Notes: generated from the letters alone by a model not told the origin. DNA of 64,000 bases from a virus (IMGVR_UViG_2619619233_000003:1-64000), one strand, 5' to 3'. Positions 44,940 to 55,930 are shown, counted from the first letter of the stretch. Translations and numbers: made by a program.

Positions 44940-45211
44940 TCGCCGCTCCAAGCCTTGATCGTCTTGCCGTCGCTGTTGCCGGAAAGAGTGAGACGCACAT
45001 TCGGGCATTTGGCAAAGCGGCGCATGGGCGGAATGGTGCTGGCGCTGATGCCGCCGAGCGATACCCATGGCGCTGCGGCGTCGACCTGCCCCTCGACATT
45101 GATCACGGCCGAGGAGCCGGGCGGAATGTCGGCCTGGATGGAAAAATCGCCAGTGGGGCTAAATGCGCCGCCGATAGCGGTTGCGGTGATGGCGTTGATG
45201 CGTTCGGTCAT
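44936..45211 (-). CDS. Small beta-rich tail-associated protein
   Basis: RBS AGGA then ATG; coupled to the next gene. Confidence 0.6.
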   Translation of the reverse strand: MTERINAITATAIGGAFSPTGDFSIQADIPPGSSAVINVEGQVDAAAPWVSLGGISASTIPPMRRFAKCPNVRLTLSGNSDGKTIKAWSGE

Positions 45212-45233
45212 CGGTTTTCCTTTGGGTTCAGAA

Positions 45234-45644
45234 TTAAACTGAAGGAGCGAGGATTTCGGCCGCCCGTTCCGCGCCGAAAAGCGTGGTGGCGATCTGCACC
45301 AGGAGCGGCCACAGTTCGTGGTTACTCTGATAGGAATTGGCAGCTTCGAATATTTTGCGGGTGCGGATCGGCTGTTGCTCTATGGCGGCAAGGACCTGCG
45401 CGACTTCGCCCCCGTTGCCGTCAGCGCCGCCATCCAGTCGGGTCCAGAAATCGACGGCGTAAACGACCGTGGCCGCTACTTCCGGCATTTGTGTATAGGG
45501 TTCCGGCACATTCCCTTCATCCAGCCATGCCACGTATTCGTCGGCCGTGGCGAGGCAGCTTTCATGCGTCCCATCGTCGAGAATGCGGGACACAACTGCA
45601 ATCCCCTCAAAGTCGGGAGGCGTTACCAACTTCCAAGCCGTCAT
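45234..45644 (-). CDS. Tail fibre assembly-like protein
   Basis: EYVAWLDEGNVPEP motif; follows the fibre gene. Confidence 0.6.
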   Translation of the reverse strand: MTAWKLVTPPDFEGIAVVSRILDDGTHESCLATADEYVAWLDEGNVPEPYTQMPEVAATVVYAVDFWTRLDGGADGNGGEVAQVLAAIEQQPIRTRKIFEAANSYQSNHELWPLLVQIATTLFGAERAAEILAPSV

Positions 45645-47353
45645 AGGTCTGCCCCCGTAAAATAGATGTTGAGTGCACCGCCGCTTGCCCGGAGCCATCC
45701 GGCATGTGACGGGGTGTAACCGGAGCCTGACGTGGATATTGAAACCTCGCCAGCGACCTCGGACGTTTGTCCGCCGAAAGTCCATCCAGTCACAACCTGA
45801 TCCGATGCGAACGTTGTGAACGACGCCGCGCCCGCCACAACAAGCCCCGTGGGCTTTACCCTTGCCTTGACGGGGAACGGGACGGTGAACACGGCATTGG
45901 ATGCGTTTATGGCAAAGCCGAATGTCGGGATCGTGCCAGCACCGTCAGACTTGATGCCGGGAAGGAAGCGCCGGCATAGCATTTCCTCAACAACGTGCGG
46001 ACGGCCAGAGAATGAACTGACATAGCCAAGCTCGAATTGAGGAAGAGAAAAACTCCCTACTCCAAATTCCACGGTGACGTTCGCAGTGGCGTCAACATCT
46101 ACAAATACGGTTTCGGATGCACCATATGCCCCACCGTTGATACGAGCCTGTGCAGTTCCAAGCCAAGAAAGCCAGTACCGACCTGTTTGCCCCGCAAAGC
46201 CTCGCGCCTCCATGGTCTGTTGAAGCGAGCCGGCCGAAATATCGAATGTAGTCACCCCGTTCACTGTAATCGGCGTATATGTACAGCCTGAAGCGCCAGC
46301 CTTCATTCTATCATGCCCGAACGCTCCAGCGGCAAGGGTTACTGGACTGCCGACACCACGGGTATTTAGCGCCCCTAAAGGGTTCATGATCTTGTTGCGA
46401 AAGTTGCTGATTGGAACCGCTGCAAAGGAACGGACTTCCGCAGGGGTCAGACCCTCTATGTCTTTTCCAGTTGCGGTTTTGAAACCGGCAATCTGCTTTG
46501 CGGCGACCCCACCGTCGGGCCCAACGACATCGCCGGTCCCGTTCCCATCGACGCCGGCGCGAGCGAACAGTTCCCAATCCGCATTTGCAGTCGTCGGAAG
46601 CCCCGGAGGAGCAACGCCTGTGTTCCCCCGCAGCGCTATCCACGCAGACTTGTTGTTCTGAACAACGTCATTTTTGGCATAGGCAGCAACGTTGTTCCAG
46701 GCGCCACGCCACGTGATGCCTGTGGCACCTGTGTCCCCTTTGATGCCCTTCTCACCGGTGAGGAAAGCCGGATCAGACCAATCGCCGGCCGTGGCGCTGA
46801 GTTTGAAATAAAGGGCCGCCCGCTCATCGCCCGCGTCGGCCACCAAAACGATAAAACCGGCCGCTTCGCTTTCGTAAGTGGCGAGGCCTTCGGGCGTTTC
46901 GGCCGCTCCATTCGTCTTGATGCCCTGAATGAGCGATGACCGTGGGATGATCGTCGCGGTGCTCTGACCGGTGAGAAGGATAAGGTGATCCTGCTCGGCC
47001 TGGACGGCTGCGATCGCGGCAATCGTTGGATGGTTCAGGCGGCGTAGCAGTTCGGCAATCTTGGTTGAGTTTTCCGCCTGCGCCGTGGTGTAGGTGTTTT
47101 CCCGGACGAGCGCATATTTGTAGGTTCCGGATGCGCCCTGCCATTTGATCGCGGCCGTCATTTGCGTGTCGGTGATCGGATGCTCGGATGCGCCGGCGCT
47201 GTCGTCGGCAAGGATGGGCAGCGGGTTGCCTTCGGCCTCGACATGGACAGTGCCGCCGACGATGAGGGCGGTTTTCCATGCGGTGTCAATGCCGGTGATG
47301 ACGGCAGAGCCGTTGACGAGTGAAATCGTGCCGCTGGTGTAAAGGGCGGTCAT
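45641..47353 (-). CDS. Tail fibre protein
   Basis: YTSGTISLVNGS..TG..W N-terminus, short GXX collagen-like stretch, WRGAW..Y..NDVV, NFRNKIMN, E..LCRRF. Confidence 0.8.
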   Translation of the reverse strand: MTALYTSGTISLVNGSAVITGIDTAWKTALIVGGTVHVEAEGNPLPILADDSAGASEHPITDTQMTAAIKWQGASGTYKYALVRENTYTTAQAENSTKIAELLRRLNHPTIAAIAAVQAEQDHLILLTGQSTATIIPRSSLIQGIKTNGAAETPEGLATYESEAAGFIVLVADAGDERAALYFKLSATAGDWSDPAFLTGEKGIKGDTGATGITWRGAWNNVAAYAKNDVVQNNKSAWIALRGNTGVAPPGLPTTANADWELFARAGVDGNGTGDVVGPDGGVAAKQIAGFKTATGKDIEGLTPAEVRSFAAVPISNFRNKIMNPLGALNTRGVGSPVTLAAGAFGHDRMKAGASGCTYTPITVNGVTTFDISAGSLQQTMEARGFAGQTGRYWLSWLGTAQARINGGAYGASETVFVDVDATANVTVEFGVGSFSLPQFELGYVSSFSGRPHVVEEMLCRRFLPGIKSDGAGTIPTFGFAINASNAVFTVPFPVKARVKPTGLVVAGAASFTTFASDQVVTGWTFGGQTSEVAGEVSISTSGSGYTPSHAGWLRASGGALNIYFTGADL

Positions 47354-47355
47354 GG

Positions 47356-48897
47356 TCAGTCCTTCTTCGGGATGCCAAAGATGTAATAGCGAATGCCGAT
47401 CACCGGCGATGAGGGGTAGGTATGGGAGACACTGTAGCTGCCGCCGCCATTGTTGATGACGCGGGCGTAAGCGGCCGCCCCTGAGAAGGTCGTAAAGACA
47501 GCCGCGTTTGGCTGGATCGTCACATAGGAACTGTCACCCGAATCTCTCCATGGAAAACCGACGGTCGGATGATTGACGCGATGTTTGGCTGTGATCGGCG
47601 GGCGGATCATCTTGGAATAGGAGTTGTCGCCGCCGTTTTCCCCGCCATAGCCGGAATGCACCGTCATGTAGCGGACGATCGGATAGAAGTTCGTCGTGTC
47701 GATCGCGATCGCCGTATTCTGCGCGCCACTACCGACACCGAAATACCCCTGGGCAAGCATTGAGATGGCGGGCCAGCGGCTATCGATGATGATGTCCGCA
47801 AAGGCTGGCGGATTGCCGGCACCTGGTCGCAAGAACTGGATAACGTCTTCGCCATTCTCTTCGAACATGCGGAAGACATCATTATCGCCGGCCGTAGGCG
47901 GCGTCTGGTCGAAAGCCACGACCATGAAGCGTGCCCGGCATCCGCCGTTCGGATTGCTGAAGTAGAGACGATTGCCGGCGATGCGCCAGTCCGCGCCGCT
48001 CTGGGCTTCGTGCGGGTTGGCGGGATAGACGATGGTGCTGCCGGTGTAGAAGTTGACGATGCACATGGTGCCATCCGGCACAGCCATCGGCAGCACATAT
48101 TCCGATCCGCCCGAGGGTACAAAAATATCATCGGCAGCCACGATCTTCGTCGGCCGGTTGCTGCTGTCGAAAGCGAGCTGCGTGCCAAAGGCCGTATCAA
48201 CGTTATAGCCCGGCTTTGCGACCTTGAGGCCGGAGCTGTCGAGATTGACCGCGAAATGCTCGGGATTGGGCGGCATCGGTTGGGCATCGACGATGCCGGC
48301 CTCGTCACCCGGGAGGTTCCACACGACGAGTTCATTGGTCAGGTAGTTATAATTGCCCGTGTTCACCGGTCCGAACATATTCGACAGCTGAAGAATATCG
48401 CTGAAGGTGCGGTAATTGGCGTCCACCAGAGTGCGGTTATTCAGCTTCCAGCCGAAGTCGGACTGGTCGTTGAGCGGCATCACGGTTGCGATCCGCTCAC
48501 CACGGCTTTCATAACCGTAGGTGCTCAGAAGCGATCTGGCGTTGACGTAATAATTGTCGGTGATGCGACGGATGAGGACATCGAACAGCGGCAGGGTGTA
48601 GTTCAGACCCGGAAAATAGGCCGCTCGATAAAAGACCCGGTTCTGTGAAATGTCGCTGGGATAACGCCAGCTGCGCAAGCTAAAGTTATCGACGCCGGCG
48701 CCGGGCGGATAATTGTATACGCCGTCGCGGTATGGCTGTGTGTCGCGCCCGGCAATCTGGGCCTGGACGGCGAATTTTGAATTGTACGAGAAAGCGCCCA
48801 GCGTATTGTCATGGGTCATTCCGGGATCATAAGCACCCTTGGTGATCTTGACGCTGCCGACGCCCTCGTAATCCAATCCCATGTGAAGCTGTTTCAT
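47356..48897 (-). CDS. Tail-associated protein
   Basis: KVAKPGYNV...FDS repeat-like motifs; located between TipJ and the fibre gene. Confidence 0.65.
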   Translation of the reverse strand: MKQLHMGLDYEGVGSVKITKGAYDPGMTHDNTLGAFSYNSKFAVQAQIAGRDTQPYRDGVYNYPPGAGVDNFSLRSWRYPSDISQNRVFYRAAYFPGLNYTLPLFDVLIRRITDNYYVNARSLLSTYGYESRGERIATVMPLNDQSDFGWKLNNRTLVDANYRTFSDILQLSNMFGPVNTGNYNYLTNELVVWNLPGDEAGIVDAQPMPPNPEHFAVNLDSSGLKVAKPGYNVDTAFGTQLAFDSSNRPTKIVAADDIFVPSGGSEYVLPMAVPDGTMCIVNFYTGSTIVYPANPHEAQSGADWRIAGNRLYFSNPNGGCRARFMVVAFDQTPPTAGDNDVFRMFEENGEDVIQFLRPGAGNPPAFADIIIDSRWPAISMLAQGYFGVGSGAQNTAIAIDTTNFYPIVRYMTVHSGYGGENGGDNSYSKMIRPPITAKHRVNHPTVGFPWRDSGDSSYVTIQPNAAVFTTFSGAAAYARVINNGGGSYSVSHTYPSSPVIGIRYYIFGIPKKD

Positions 48898-51461
48898 GCT
48901 GATCGCACCCTCAATCTTCCGTTGTTGAGGTCGATCATCATCTTGTTGTTATAGCCTTCCATGTAGGCGGCCCGCACCGTACCGATGTTGGCGACAGCGA
49001 GCTTCGCGCCGTTTTCGTCGAAGGTGAACACGCCCTGACCACCCGAGCCGTCCGGAGCGACGATAATGAATCGGTCAGAGTAGTGAATTTCCTGCGCCTT
49101 CAGCACGCCGCCTTGATTGATGATTTCAAGGATGAATGCTCCCAGGGCCGTCTGGTCGCCTTTTTGGGCGCGGACACCGAATTCGACATTCGCCAACGTG
49201 TCTCCCACGGTGGTGGCCTTCATCGAAAGATAACCTTCAGCCAGCACGTCGCCCATTTCAGCACGCACAGCAGAAAGACGGCGGGCCATGGCGCCTTCAG
49301 CCGTCACGCGGGTTTCGCGCTCATCGATGACGCTGGCGATCGCACCGCCCAGCTGCGAACTCAGCACGTCGCGGTCGAGCTTGGCGTCGATGTCGCTGGA
49401 AACGACGGACATCGACAGGCTTTCCACCATGCCCGCCAGCTGGTCCATCTGATGCTGCAGTTCCATCATGCGGTTTTTGACATCGTCCCGAACCTGCCCG
49501 AGACCGACGGTAATATCGGAGCCGTCAATGTTCGGCGTCCGGACCGGAAGCCAATCGCCCCAATCGGTCTGACGGTTCGATGCCGGCACAAACTTGCCGC
49601 GTGCCTGGTAATCGGCATTGCCGGCCAGAACCGCATTCAAAACCCACGCATAAGGCGGCTCATAAATGACGGTGCTGTCGCCGCTATCGAAGACGAGTTC
49701 GTCGGTGGCGGTCAGTTTCACCTGGACGCGCACATAGCTGACATCGTCCTGGTTGGGGGCGCAACGTACCTCGATCGACGGATAACGTGGGTTGCCGTTG
49801 GCGTCCGGAAGCGTGGCCGGAAACACCTGCCAGCCATACATGGGCTGCGGCGGCACCGGAACCGGGCCGATCCAGCCGATAACAGGCGGCACGATGATCG
49901 ACGGCGGATCATAGTCGGATGGATCGATTTCCTTGATGACGACGCGCTGAAGGCGGCCGGGCATCGGGATCGCCCGCACAACCAGAAACTTCTTGTTGGA
50001 ATAGCCGTTTTCGTCGCTCGACCATGCAACCGGGTCATTCGGCTCCAGTGCGGCCGCATTGGGCGGCAGTGTCAGTTCGTGGGTGCGCCAGCGTTGTTCA
50101 TCCAGGATCATCGTCGAGGTGAGCGACTGCACCTGGGCGGATATGAACACGGCGTCGAAACGGAATGCGACAGCCAGGCGCTCGCCATCGTCTCGGGCAA
50201 GCAGCTCGGGCGACGACTGTTCCGGAGCGTCCTTGTCGGCCCAACGCTGCGCCGGTTCCGGATAGACACCCGTGATAGTGTTATGGGTCGCGGCGATCGT
50301 CGGGAACGGTTCAAAGTCCTGATCGGCCGTGACAACGATTTCCCGATCGGAGAAGCTGTAGACGGCCGCACCTGGCGCGCCGATCAGCATCTTGATCCGG
50401 CCGCCCACTTCTGCCAGCCGGCCGCTGCAACCAAGACGCAAATCCTCGATCACATCCAGACCATCGCGATCAACCGACACTTCCAGCCCGCCCCGGAACT
50501 GGCGACGGCCGCCGCCCATGTCGCGGTCGGCTTCGTTCAGCGCTGCGATCCACGAGGAGACCGGGAAACGGTAGGAGGAAAAGTTTCGGCCGCCATGAAC
50601 CCACCGGCCGCCGTAATAGATGCCGCGCGCGATATTGTAGATCATCAGCGGCAGGTTATCGCTCGCTTCCCATGTTGCGGGATCGTGCCAGCGGTGCGGA
50701 CCATTGCCGCCGACGCTGCTGTCCTTGCGCAGGTCATAGAGGCGCATCGGCCGCGGCTGATAAAGTCCCTGCGGAAAGCCGTTGCGGAACAGCTCTTCGT
50801 GGCGGCGGGCGGTGACGATGACGATCTGGCAACCACGGCCGATCATCGTGTCCTTGTAAGGTCGTTCTGCCCGGCCACCGAAGCGCGACAGCAAAAAGCT
50901 GTCGGCCGTGGTCTGCGATCCGTCGAGATACTTGATCCAGAGATAGTCCACGCCGTTACGCCGGTATTGCGCGACGGGAAAGCCCCGGCCGTCCGGATGC
51001 GGTTCATTCCAGAGGATCGTACCGGCCGTGTCACCGAACCAGGCAGCGTCCACGCCCTGCGGACCCGCATAGGAAGGCAAGCAGGAAATCTCGATGACTT
51101 CGGTTGCATAGGCGTTCGGAGTGTTCTCCTCTTCGCCCCAGCTCCCGAAATAGGCGCGGCGGCCGGCCGTCGCCCTGGTGCCAATCAGATAGGAGCGCGG
51201 GATGCTCTCGCCCATCTGGATCGACAGCTTGACGCCGCCGTTGCTCTGCTGGTTCTTGCGGGCTTCGCGCCGCGCCTTCGCCTGCTGGTAAAGCGACAGG
51301 CCGACATTGATGGCAAGGCCGATCGCGAGCTTGACGAAGGTGCCGGCAGACAGGATCGAACCGGCGATACCTGCGATCAGACCGCCGACCGGCGCGGCCT
51401 TAACGGCCGTTGCGGCAAAAAGCAGGAATGCGAGTGTCCATAAAAGGCGCTTCAAGGCCAT
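48894..51461 (-). CDS. Central tail tip attachment protein (J-like, different family from prophage A)
   Basis: ATG at 51461; YDLRKDSSVGG.G.HRW..P.TW, ALEPND motifs. Confidence 0.82.
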   Translation of the reverse strand: MALKRLLWTLAFLLFAATAVKAAPVGGLIAGIAGSILSAGTFVKLAIGLAINVGLSLYQQAKARREARKNQQSNGGVKLSIQMGESIPRSYLIGTRATAGRRAYFGSWGEEENTPNAYATEVIEISCLPSYAGPQGVDAAWFGDTAGTILWNEPHPDGRGFPVAQYRRNGVDYLWIKYLDGSQTTADSFLLSRFGGRAERPYKDTMIGRGCQIVIVTARRHEELFRNGFPQGLYQPRPMRLYDLRKDSSVGGNGPHRWHDPATWEASDNLPLMIYNIARGIYYGGRWVHGGRNFSSYRFPVSSWIAALNEADRDMGGGRRQFRGGLEVSVDRDGLDVIEDLRLGCSGRLAEVGGRIKMLIGAPGAAVYSFSDREIVVTADQDFEPFPTIAATHNTITGVYPEPAQRWADKDAPEQSSPELLARDDGERLAVAFRFDAVFISAQVQSLTSTMILDEQRWRTHELTLPPNAAALEPNDPVAWSSDENGYSNKKFLVVRAIPMPGRLQRVVIKEIDPSDYDPPSIIVPPVIGWIGPVPVPPQPMYGWQVFPATLPDANGNPRYPSIEVRCAPNQDDVSYVRVQVKLTATDELVFDSGDSTVIYEPPYAWVLNAVLAGNADYQARGKFVPASNRQTDWGDWLPVRTPNIDGSDITVGLGQVRDDVKNRMMELQHQMDQLAGMVESLSMSVVSSDIDAKLDRDVLSSQLGGAIASVIDERETRVTAEGAMARRLSAVRAEMGDVLAEGYLSMKATTVGDTLANVEFGVRAQKGDQTALGAFILEIINQGGVLKAQEIHYSDRFIIVAPDGSGGQGVFTFDENGAKLAVANIGTVRAAYMEGYNNKMMIDLNNGRLRVRSA

Positions 51462-51462
51462 T

Positions 51463-51888
51463 CTAACCCACCTTGAAACACATGGCGGCATCGAGCAGAT
51501 CGACCGTGCCGATACCGGTTTCGCCAAGAACAAAGATGCGTTCGCCGTTGACGACGCCGAGCGCATGGCCGATCGGACCGCCGACATCGATGGCGGCGAT
51601 ATCGCCCACGCAAGCCTCACTCGGATGGATCACGGGCAGCATCGACGCGACCAGTTCGCCGAGGTTTTCGAAACCAAGGTCACGAATGAGGCGGGCAGCG
51701 CTGGCGGCGTCATGGTAACGACCGACTGCAAAGCCTGTCATGTCAACGCCGGTCTGTGCCCTGACGAGGCGGCCGGCAAGGCCGGGACCGCAGTCGTGAT
51801 CGTACCAGGCAAACGGCTTCGCCTTGATGTCGTCGATCGCGGTTTCGAATTGCCGTCTCCAGTCGGCCAAGCGGGTGAGTGCGGTCAT
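51463..51888 (-). CDS. NlpC/P60-like tail tip protein (DUF6950-like)
   Basis: PFAWYDHDC...TGVD...GDIA...ALGV motifs. Confidence 0.75.
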   Translation of the reverse strand: MTALTRLADWRRQFETAIDDIKAKPFAWYDHDCGPGLAGRLVRAQTGVDMTGFAVGRYHDAASAARLIRDLGFENLGELVASMLPVIHPSEACVGDIAAIDVGGPIGHALGVVNGERIFVLGETGIGTVDLLDAAMCFKVG

Positions 51889-52508
51889 TTCGTCCCCCAC
51901 GGAATTTCCCAGCTGTCGATCTGGCCGGCGTAGAGATAGAATTCGTCGTTATCGCGCAGGCGCTGTGCCTCGTAAGAGGACTTTTCCGGATTGGTACGGC
52001 GAAGCATGCGCATGACTTCCGACATGACCTTCAGAGTGGCCTTTCCTTGCCCGCCGATGGCAGGGCGCTTGATTGGCGCACCGTCAACAATGCCGATGAA
52101 AACCGGTTCTTCAGCTGCTGCCGGCATGCCGTTATCAGGACGCAGCGTGATGTCGTGGATTTCGATGTAAGCGCGATGCAGGTCATATTCGCGGGTGATT
52201 TTGCGGGCGGCATCGGCAATCTTCGACAGGTCGATCGTCACCGTCTGCGTTGTAAAATCCGAGACGCGCGGAATATCGCCGATCGAAAGCAGGTTGCCGC
52301 CGCCATAATAGGGCCGCGTTACGGTCAAGCCAATTTCGCCCTCGATGACGGTCAAGCCGATATCCTCGTCACCATTCCAGACGCCGATACCTTCTTTCAA
52401 GCCGGTCTGGCGGTTCTTGGCGACGACCCAGACGGCCTTCCGGTCGATCAGGCTGTCGTCTTTAACGTTGTTGAGGATCTCGGTGATTTCGAATGGCTGG
52501 TTTCTCAT
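51885..52508 (-). CDS. Minor tail protein
   Basis: G.W.GD...YYGGG.L...S...Q...D.F...WG pattern. Confidence 0.7.
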   Translation of the reverse strand: MRNQPFEITEILNNVKDDSLIDRKAVWVVAKNRQTGLKEGIGVWNGDEDIGLTVIEGEIGLTVTRPYYGGGNLLSIGDIPRVSDFTTQTVTIDLSKIADAARKITREYDLHRAYIEIHDITLRPDNGMPAAAEEPVFIGIVDGAPIKRPAIGGQGKATLKVMSEVMRMLRRTNPEKSSYEAQRLRDNDEFYLYAGQIDSWEIPWGTK

Positions 52509-52509
52509 G

Positions 52510-53160
52510 TCAGCCTCTCTTTTTCTGGAGTGCGGTAAACCCGGCGCCATCGGTCACCGATCGGCGCGCCGTGCCGGGCTTATGGGTGGTGGGCTGGATG
52601 ATCATGGCACAGGCCGGGCGGGCGAGCGTGACGGGTGCGCCGACAACAAGTGACATCGGCAGGCGTGGAAACACGCGGATGTCGGCAATGCCGCCCAGCG
52701 TGCCGACCACATCCTGCGACACCTCGACGAAGGCATAACGCGGCGCTTCCTGCGTGCCGTAAACGATCTGTATCTTGTCGCCTTCGGTCAGAACGTAATT
52801 CGCCGGCAGGCCCGCGACCTGGGCGACATAACGGTTGGCGGTTCCGCGAATGGTGACGGTTGCACCGGCGACGATCGACCCGTCCGGATCGGCGGCCGGG
52901 AATGGCGAAAGCGGGTCGATCAGCAGGAAAGACTGCTTTGCGCCTTCCAGCGCCCGGATGCGGGCGGCCACGCGCTTCAGCTCGGCATGTAGGCCACGGC
53001 CCAGCGTAACATTCGCCCGCCAGAACGGGTCGGCCAGTTCCGCCTGCCAGAGATCGCCGTGGCCGTCGCCTGACAGTTCGTCATTGCGCTGGATGTCCCA
53101 CTCGACCGACGCGATCGGCAGAATGTCGTTGATGCGGGAAAGGGCAAGGGGAGCCGTCAT
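52510..53160 (-). CDS. Distal tail-like protein
   Basis: Follows the tape measure; P..DPDG motif. Confidence 0.7.
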   Translation of the reverse strand: MTAPLALSRINDILPIASVEWDIQRNDELSGDGHGDLWQAELADPFWRANVTLGRGLHAELKRVAARIRALEGAKQSFLLIDPLSPFPAADPDGSIVAGATVTIRGTANRYVAQVAGLPANYVLTEGDKIQIVYGTQEAPRYAFVEVSQDVVGTLGGIADIRVFPRLPMSLVVGAPVTLARPACAMIIQPTTHKPGTARRSVTDGAGFTALQKKRG

Positions 53161-55667
53161 CCGCGTACCCACGGGTCAGCGTTGATCTCCGCTACGCGGT
53201 CCGGCAGGCCACGATTATATTGCTCAATTCCGGCCTGGACGCCGCTTTCGACACCTTCCCTTACCATCTGCTCAATCTCTTGATTGCCCCTCGCGCCATT
53301 GACTTCAATCGTGAGCTTCAGATTGAAGTCAGGCCGTCCGCCAGATGGGGCCGCCGTTGCTGATGCGCCTTTTGCCTGTGACATGAGCGGCGAGACATCA
53401 GCAGAAACGCCGAGGCGACCGGATGCATCGCGGGTCAGCGGCATGATCGCCTCGGGGCCGGCTTCGCCCATCAGGCCTGTGCCCTTGGCGAATGCGAACA
53501 TCGTGGGTTTGTTCACGACCTGGTTGGAATAGCCATGAATACCGTCCAGAAAGGTAGCGCCCTTGGCATAGAGGCCGCCCGGCGCTGAAGGAAATGCGCC
53601 CTTGCCGCCACCAAACAAATTGGTGATACCGCCCAAAATGCTGGTGAAAAAGCCGCCGCCGGAACCGCTCGATGCGTTCGACACGCTGAACAAGCTGTTC
53701 AGAACATCGTTCATGAGCGTGTCGGCGATGCGCTGGAGCGCCTTTACGCCGGCGTTGCCAAAAGCATCCCAGACGCTTTCGCCCTGGCGCAGACCGTCAA
53801 AGAAGGTCGATGTGAAATCGCCCGCGAGATCTCGCGCATATTGCAGCTGAAGATTTGTCCGGAGCAGGCCGGCTTCGTAGCTGTTGAAATCGACCGGCAA
53901 GCCCGATGAACGAAGCCCACCGGCAATCTGCTGGTCAATTGCAGAGCGGCCGAGTTGCTCGCGCTCAAACAGCAAATCGGCCTTCAGCTTGGCCGATGCT
54001 GCCGCCTCGGCATATTTCTTGAAGGCATCGACGCGGCTGTTGATCGCCTCGACCTGTTTGGACGAAAGCGAACGGCCCTTTTCCTCGGACTGCTGAAGAA
54101 GGTCGAGCTTGAAGCGCAGCGCGTCGGCGGCAACGCCGGTTTGGCCCGCGAGCTCGGCTTCAAGCTTCATCTGGGCAACACGGTCATCGGCCGTCTTGAT
54201 CAGGTCGCGGTAGGCGTTGGCGGTCGAACTGGCGGCGCGCTCGGCAGCGCGATCGCGGTCACCAAGGGTGATAGGCTTTGTGCCTGGAAGGGGTACGTTC
54301 GTTTGGTTGCCATCCGAATTGATGACGGTCGGGTTTTGGTTTGAAATACGCGTTAGCGCAGCGTCATATGCGGCGCGCGCACTTGCACGATCTTCGGCAC
54401 CCTGAGCGCTTGCTACCGCCCTCCTATAAGAAGCAAGGGCATTGTCCGCATCAGATAAGGCCGGCATCGCTATACCAGCCAGTTCACGAAGCGCCTTATT
54501 TAGGTCCTGGACAGCGGCAACCTGATTTTGGGCCTTTCCGCCGATCAGTTCGATTTGCTGAACCATGCCAGGAATGGCCCGTGCAGTTTCAACGACGGCT
54601 TCATCCTTGAATTCGCGCATATCCTTGGCAAGTTCACGAAGACCTTCGGGTACATCATTGTTTCCGGCAATACGGGCCATCGCATCTCGGAACCGCAAGA
54701 TGTCGGGTTCGCCGCTACGAATCGATTCACGAAGATCAATGAAAGCCTGCCGCCATTGCCTCACGACAGCGGTGTCGGTCTCCTTCACGAAAGGGGTGAT
54801 CATTGGAGAGTAGGTGCTACGGGCTGTGACGGCCTCGGTGACAAAGTCGCGTGCATCCTGAAGGCGATCTCGTATGTCAACGAGTGTGCCGGAAACACCT
54901 TCGTTCACATATTCTCGCAGTCCGGACGCGGCCTCACCATAACGCTCTTTAAGCGACCGGACGGTTTCGGCGTGCCCTTTCAGGATTTCGTCAGCCGACT
55001 TCGCACCCTCTTCAGCCGATGTGAAATACTGGATGGCGAACGCGGTGGCACCGACAGCAGCCATGGAGATCAATGACCAAGGGGAGACCAACGACAGGAG
55101 CGCGTCGCGAAGGCCAAGTGCCTTGTTCTCCATCGATCCCATGATACCCGCAACTTGCGGACCCTGCTGGAACATAACCGTTTGCCACGGCATGAAAGCC
55201 GCAGTGGTAACGATGTCCTGCGCCTGATACGCGAGGTTGGCAGTCTGGAAACGCTGGTTATTGTTGTTCGCTGGCGTATCCGAGATAGCCTTGTTGCGGC
55301 CTTTGATGGCATCGATGCTGGCAAGCGTCGATCGCCGGTTGCGATCCAGCGCAGCTGTCATTTCATCGGCGGACAATGCGCCGTTCGCATGGGCGCTTCG
55401 GATTTCCAGCTGCGCCTGTTTGTAGTTCATGATGACCGCGTAAAGCGGATTGTACTTGGCTCTAAGCCGATCCAGTTCTGCGCCGGTTCCCCCGAGCGGC
55501 ATGCGGAGACCTTCGCCCGCAGCACGATTCAGTTTTTCCAGCTGCTCGGCAGCCTGATCCGCCGCCGTGCCGATCGAGGTCACGGCCTTTGCGCCTTCGG
55601 CCGCGCCCTGTTGCGCCTTGCTCGGGTCGATATCGATACGGGCGGAAATTCTCAATGGGTCAGCCAT
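53157..55667 (-). CDS. Tail tape measure protein (836 aa)
   Basis: LRAKYNPL, QQGPQV and GLMGEAGPEAIMPL.R motifs. Confidence 0.9.
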   Translation of the reverse strand: MADPLRISARIDIDPSKAQQGAAEGAKAVTSIGTAADQAAEQLEKLNRAAGEGLRMPLGGTGAELDRLRAKYNPLYAVIMNYKQAQLEIRSAHANGALSADEMTAALDRNRRSTLASIDAIKGRNKAISDTPANNNNQRFQTANLAYQAQDIVTTAAFMPWQTVMFQQGPQVAGIMGSMENKALGLRDALLSLVSPWSLISMAAVGATAFAIQYFTSAEEGAKSADEILKGHAETVRSLKERYGEAASGLREYVNEGVSGTLVDIRDRLQDARDFVTEAVTARSTYSPMITPFVKETDTAVVRQWRQAFIDLRESIRSGEPDILRFRDAMARIAGNNDVPEGLRELAKDMREFKDEAVVETARAIPGMVQQIELIGGKAQNQVAAVQDLNKALRELAGIAMPALSDADNALASYRRAVASAQGAEDRASARAAYDAALTRISNQNPTVINSDGNQTNVPLPGTKPITLGDRDRAAERAASSTANAYRDLIKTADDRVAQMKLEAELAGQTGVAADALRFKLDLLQQSEEKGRSLSSKQVEAINSRVDAFKKYAEAAASAKLKADLLFEREQLGRSAIDQQIAGGLRSSGLPVDFNSYEAGLLRTNLQLQYARDLAGDFTSTFFDGLRQGESVWDAFGNAGVKALQRIADTLMNDVLNSLFSVSNASSGSGGGFFTSILGGITNLFGGGKGAFPSAPGGLYAKGATFLDGIHGYSNQVVNKPTMFAFAKGTGLMGEAGPEAIMPLTRDASGRLGVSADVSPLMSQAKGASATAAPSGGRPDFNLKLTIEVNGARGNQEIEQMVREGVESGVQAGIEQYNRGLPDRVAEINADPWVRG

Positions 55668-55930
55668 CAGCCATCCACCTCGTTGAGAACGCGCATCGCG
55701 ACACCTTCCATGAAGCGAACATCGGCGAAGACATGCGCCGGCGCGCCAATGTCATCGAGGACAAGCCTGCAGGCGGGATAGTCGAGGCCGAGCCAGATCA
55801 ATCCAGTCATACCAACAGCCATGCGCCACTGCGTTTCGCAGGCGCGGAAGGCGATGTAGCTGTTCCAGGCGGTGGGCATGATCTGGATATCGTCCTCAAC
55901 TTTTGCGGCGGCGGTAAAACGAACGCCCAT
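55667..55930 (-). CDS. Tail chaperone gpT-like (DUF1799), frameshift product
   Basis: TQWR...GLDY motif; frame open back to the slippery site. Confidence 0.8.
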   Translation of the reverse strand: MGVRFTAAAKVEDDIQIMPTAWNSYIAFRACETQWRMAVGMTGLIWLGLDYPACRLVLDDIGAPAHVFADVRFMEGVAMRVLNEVDG

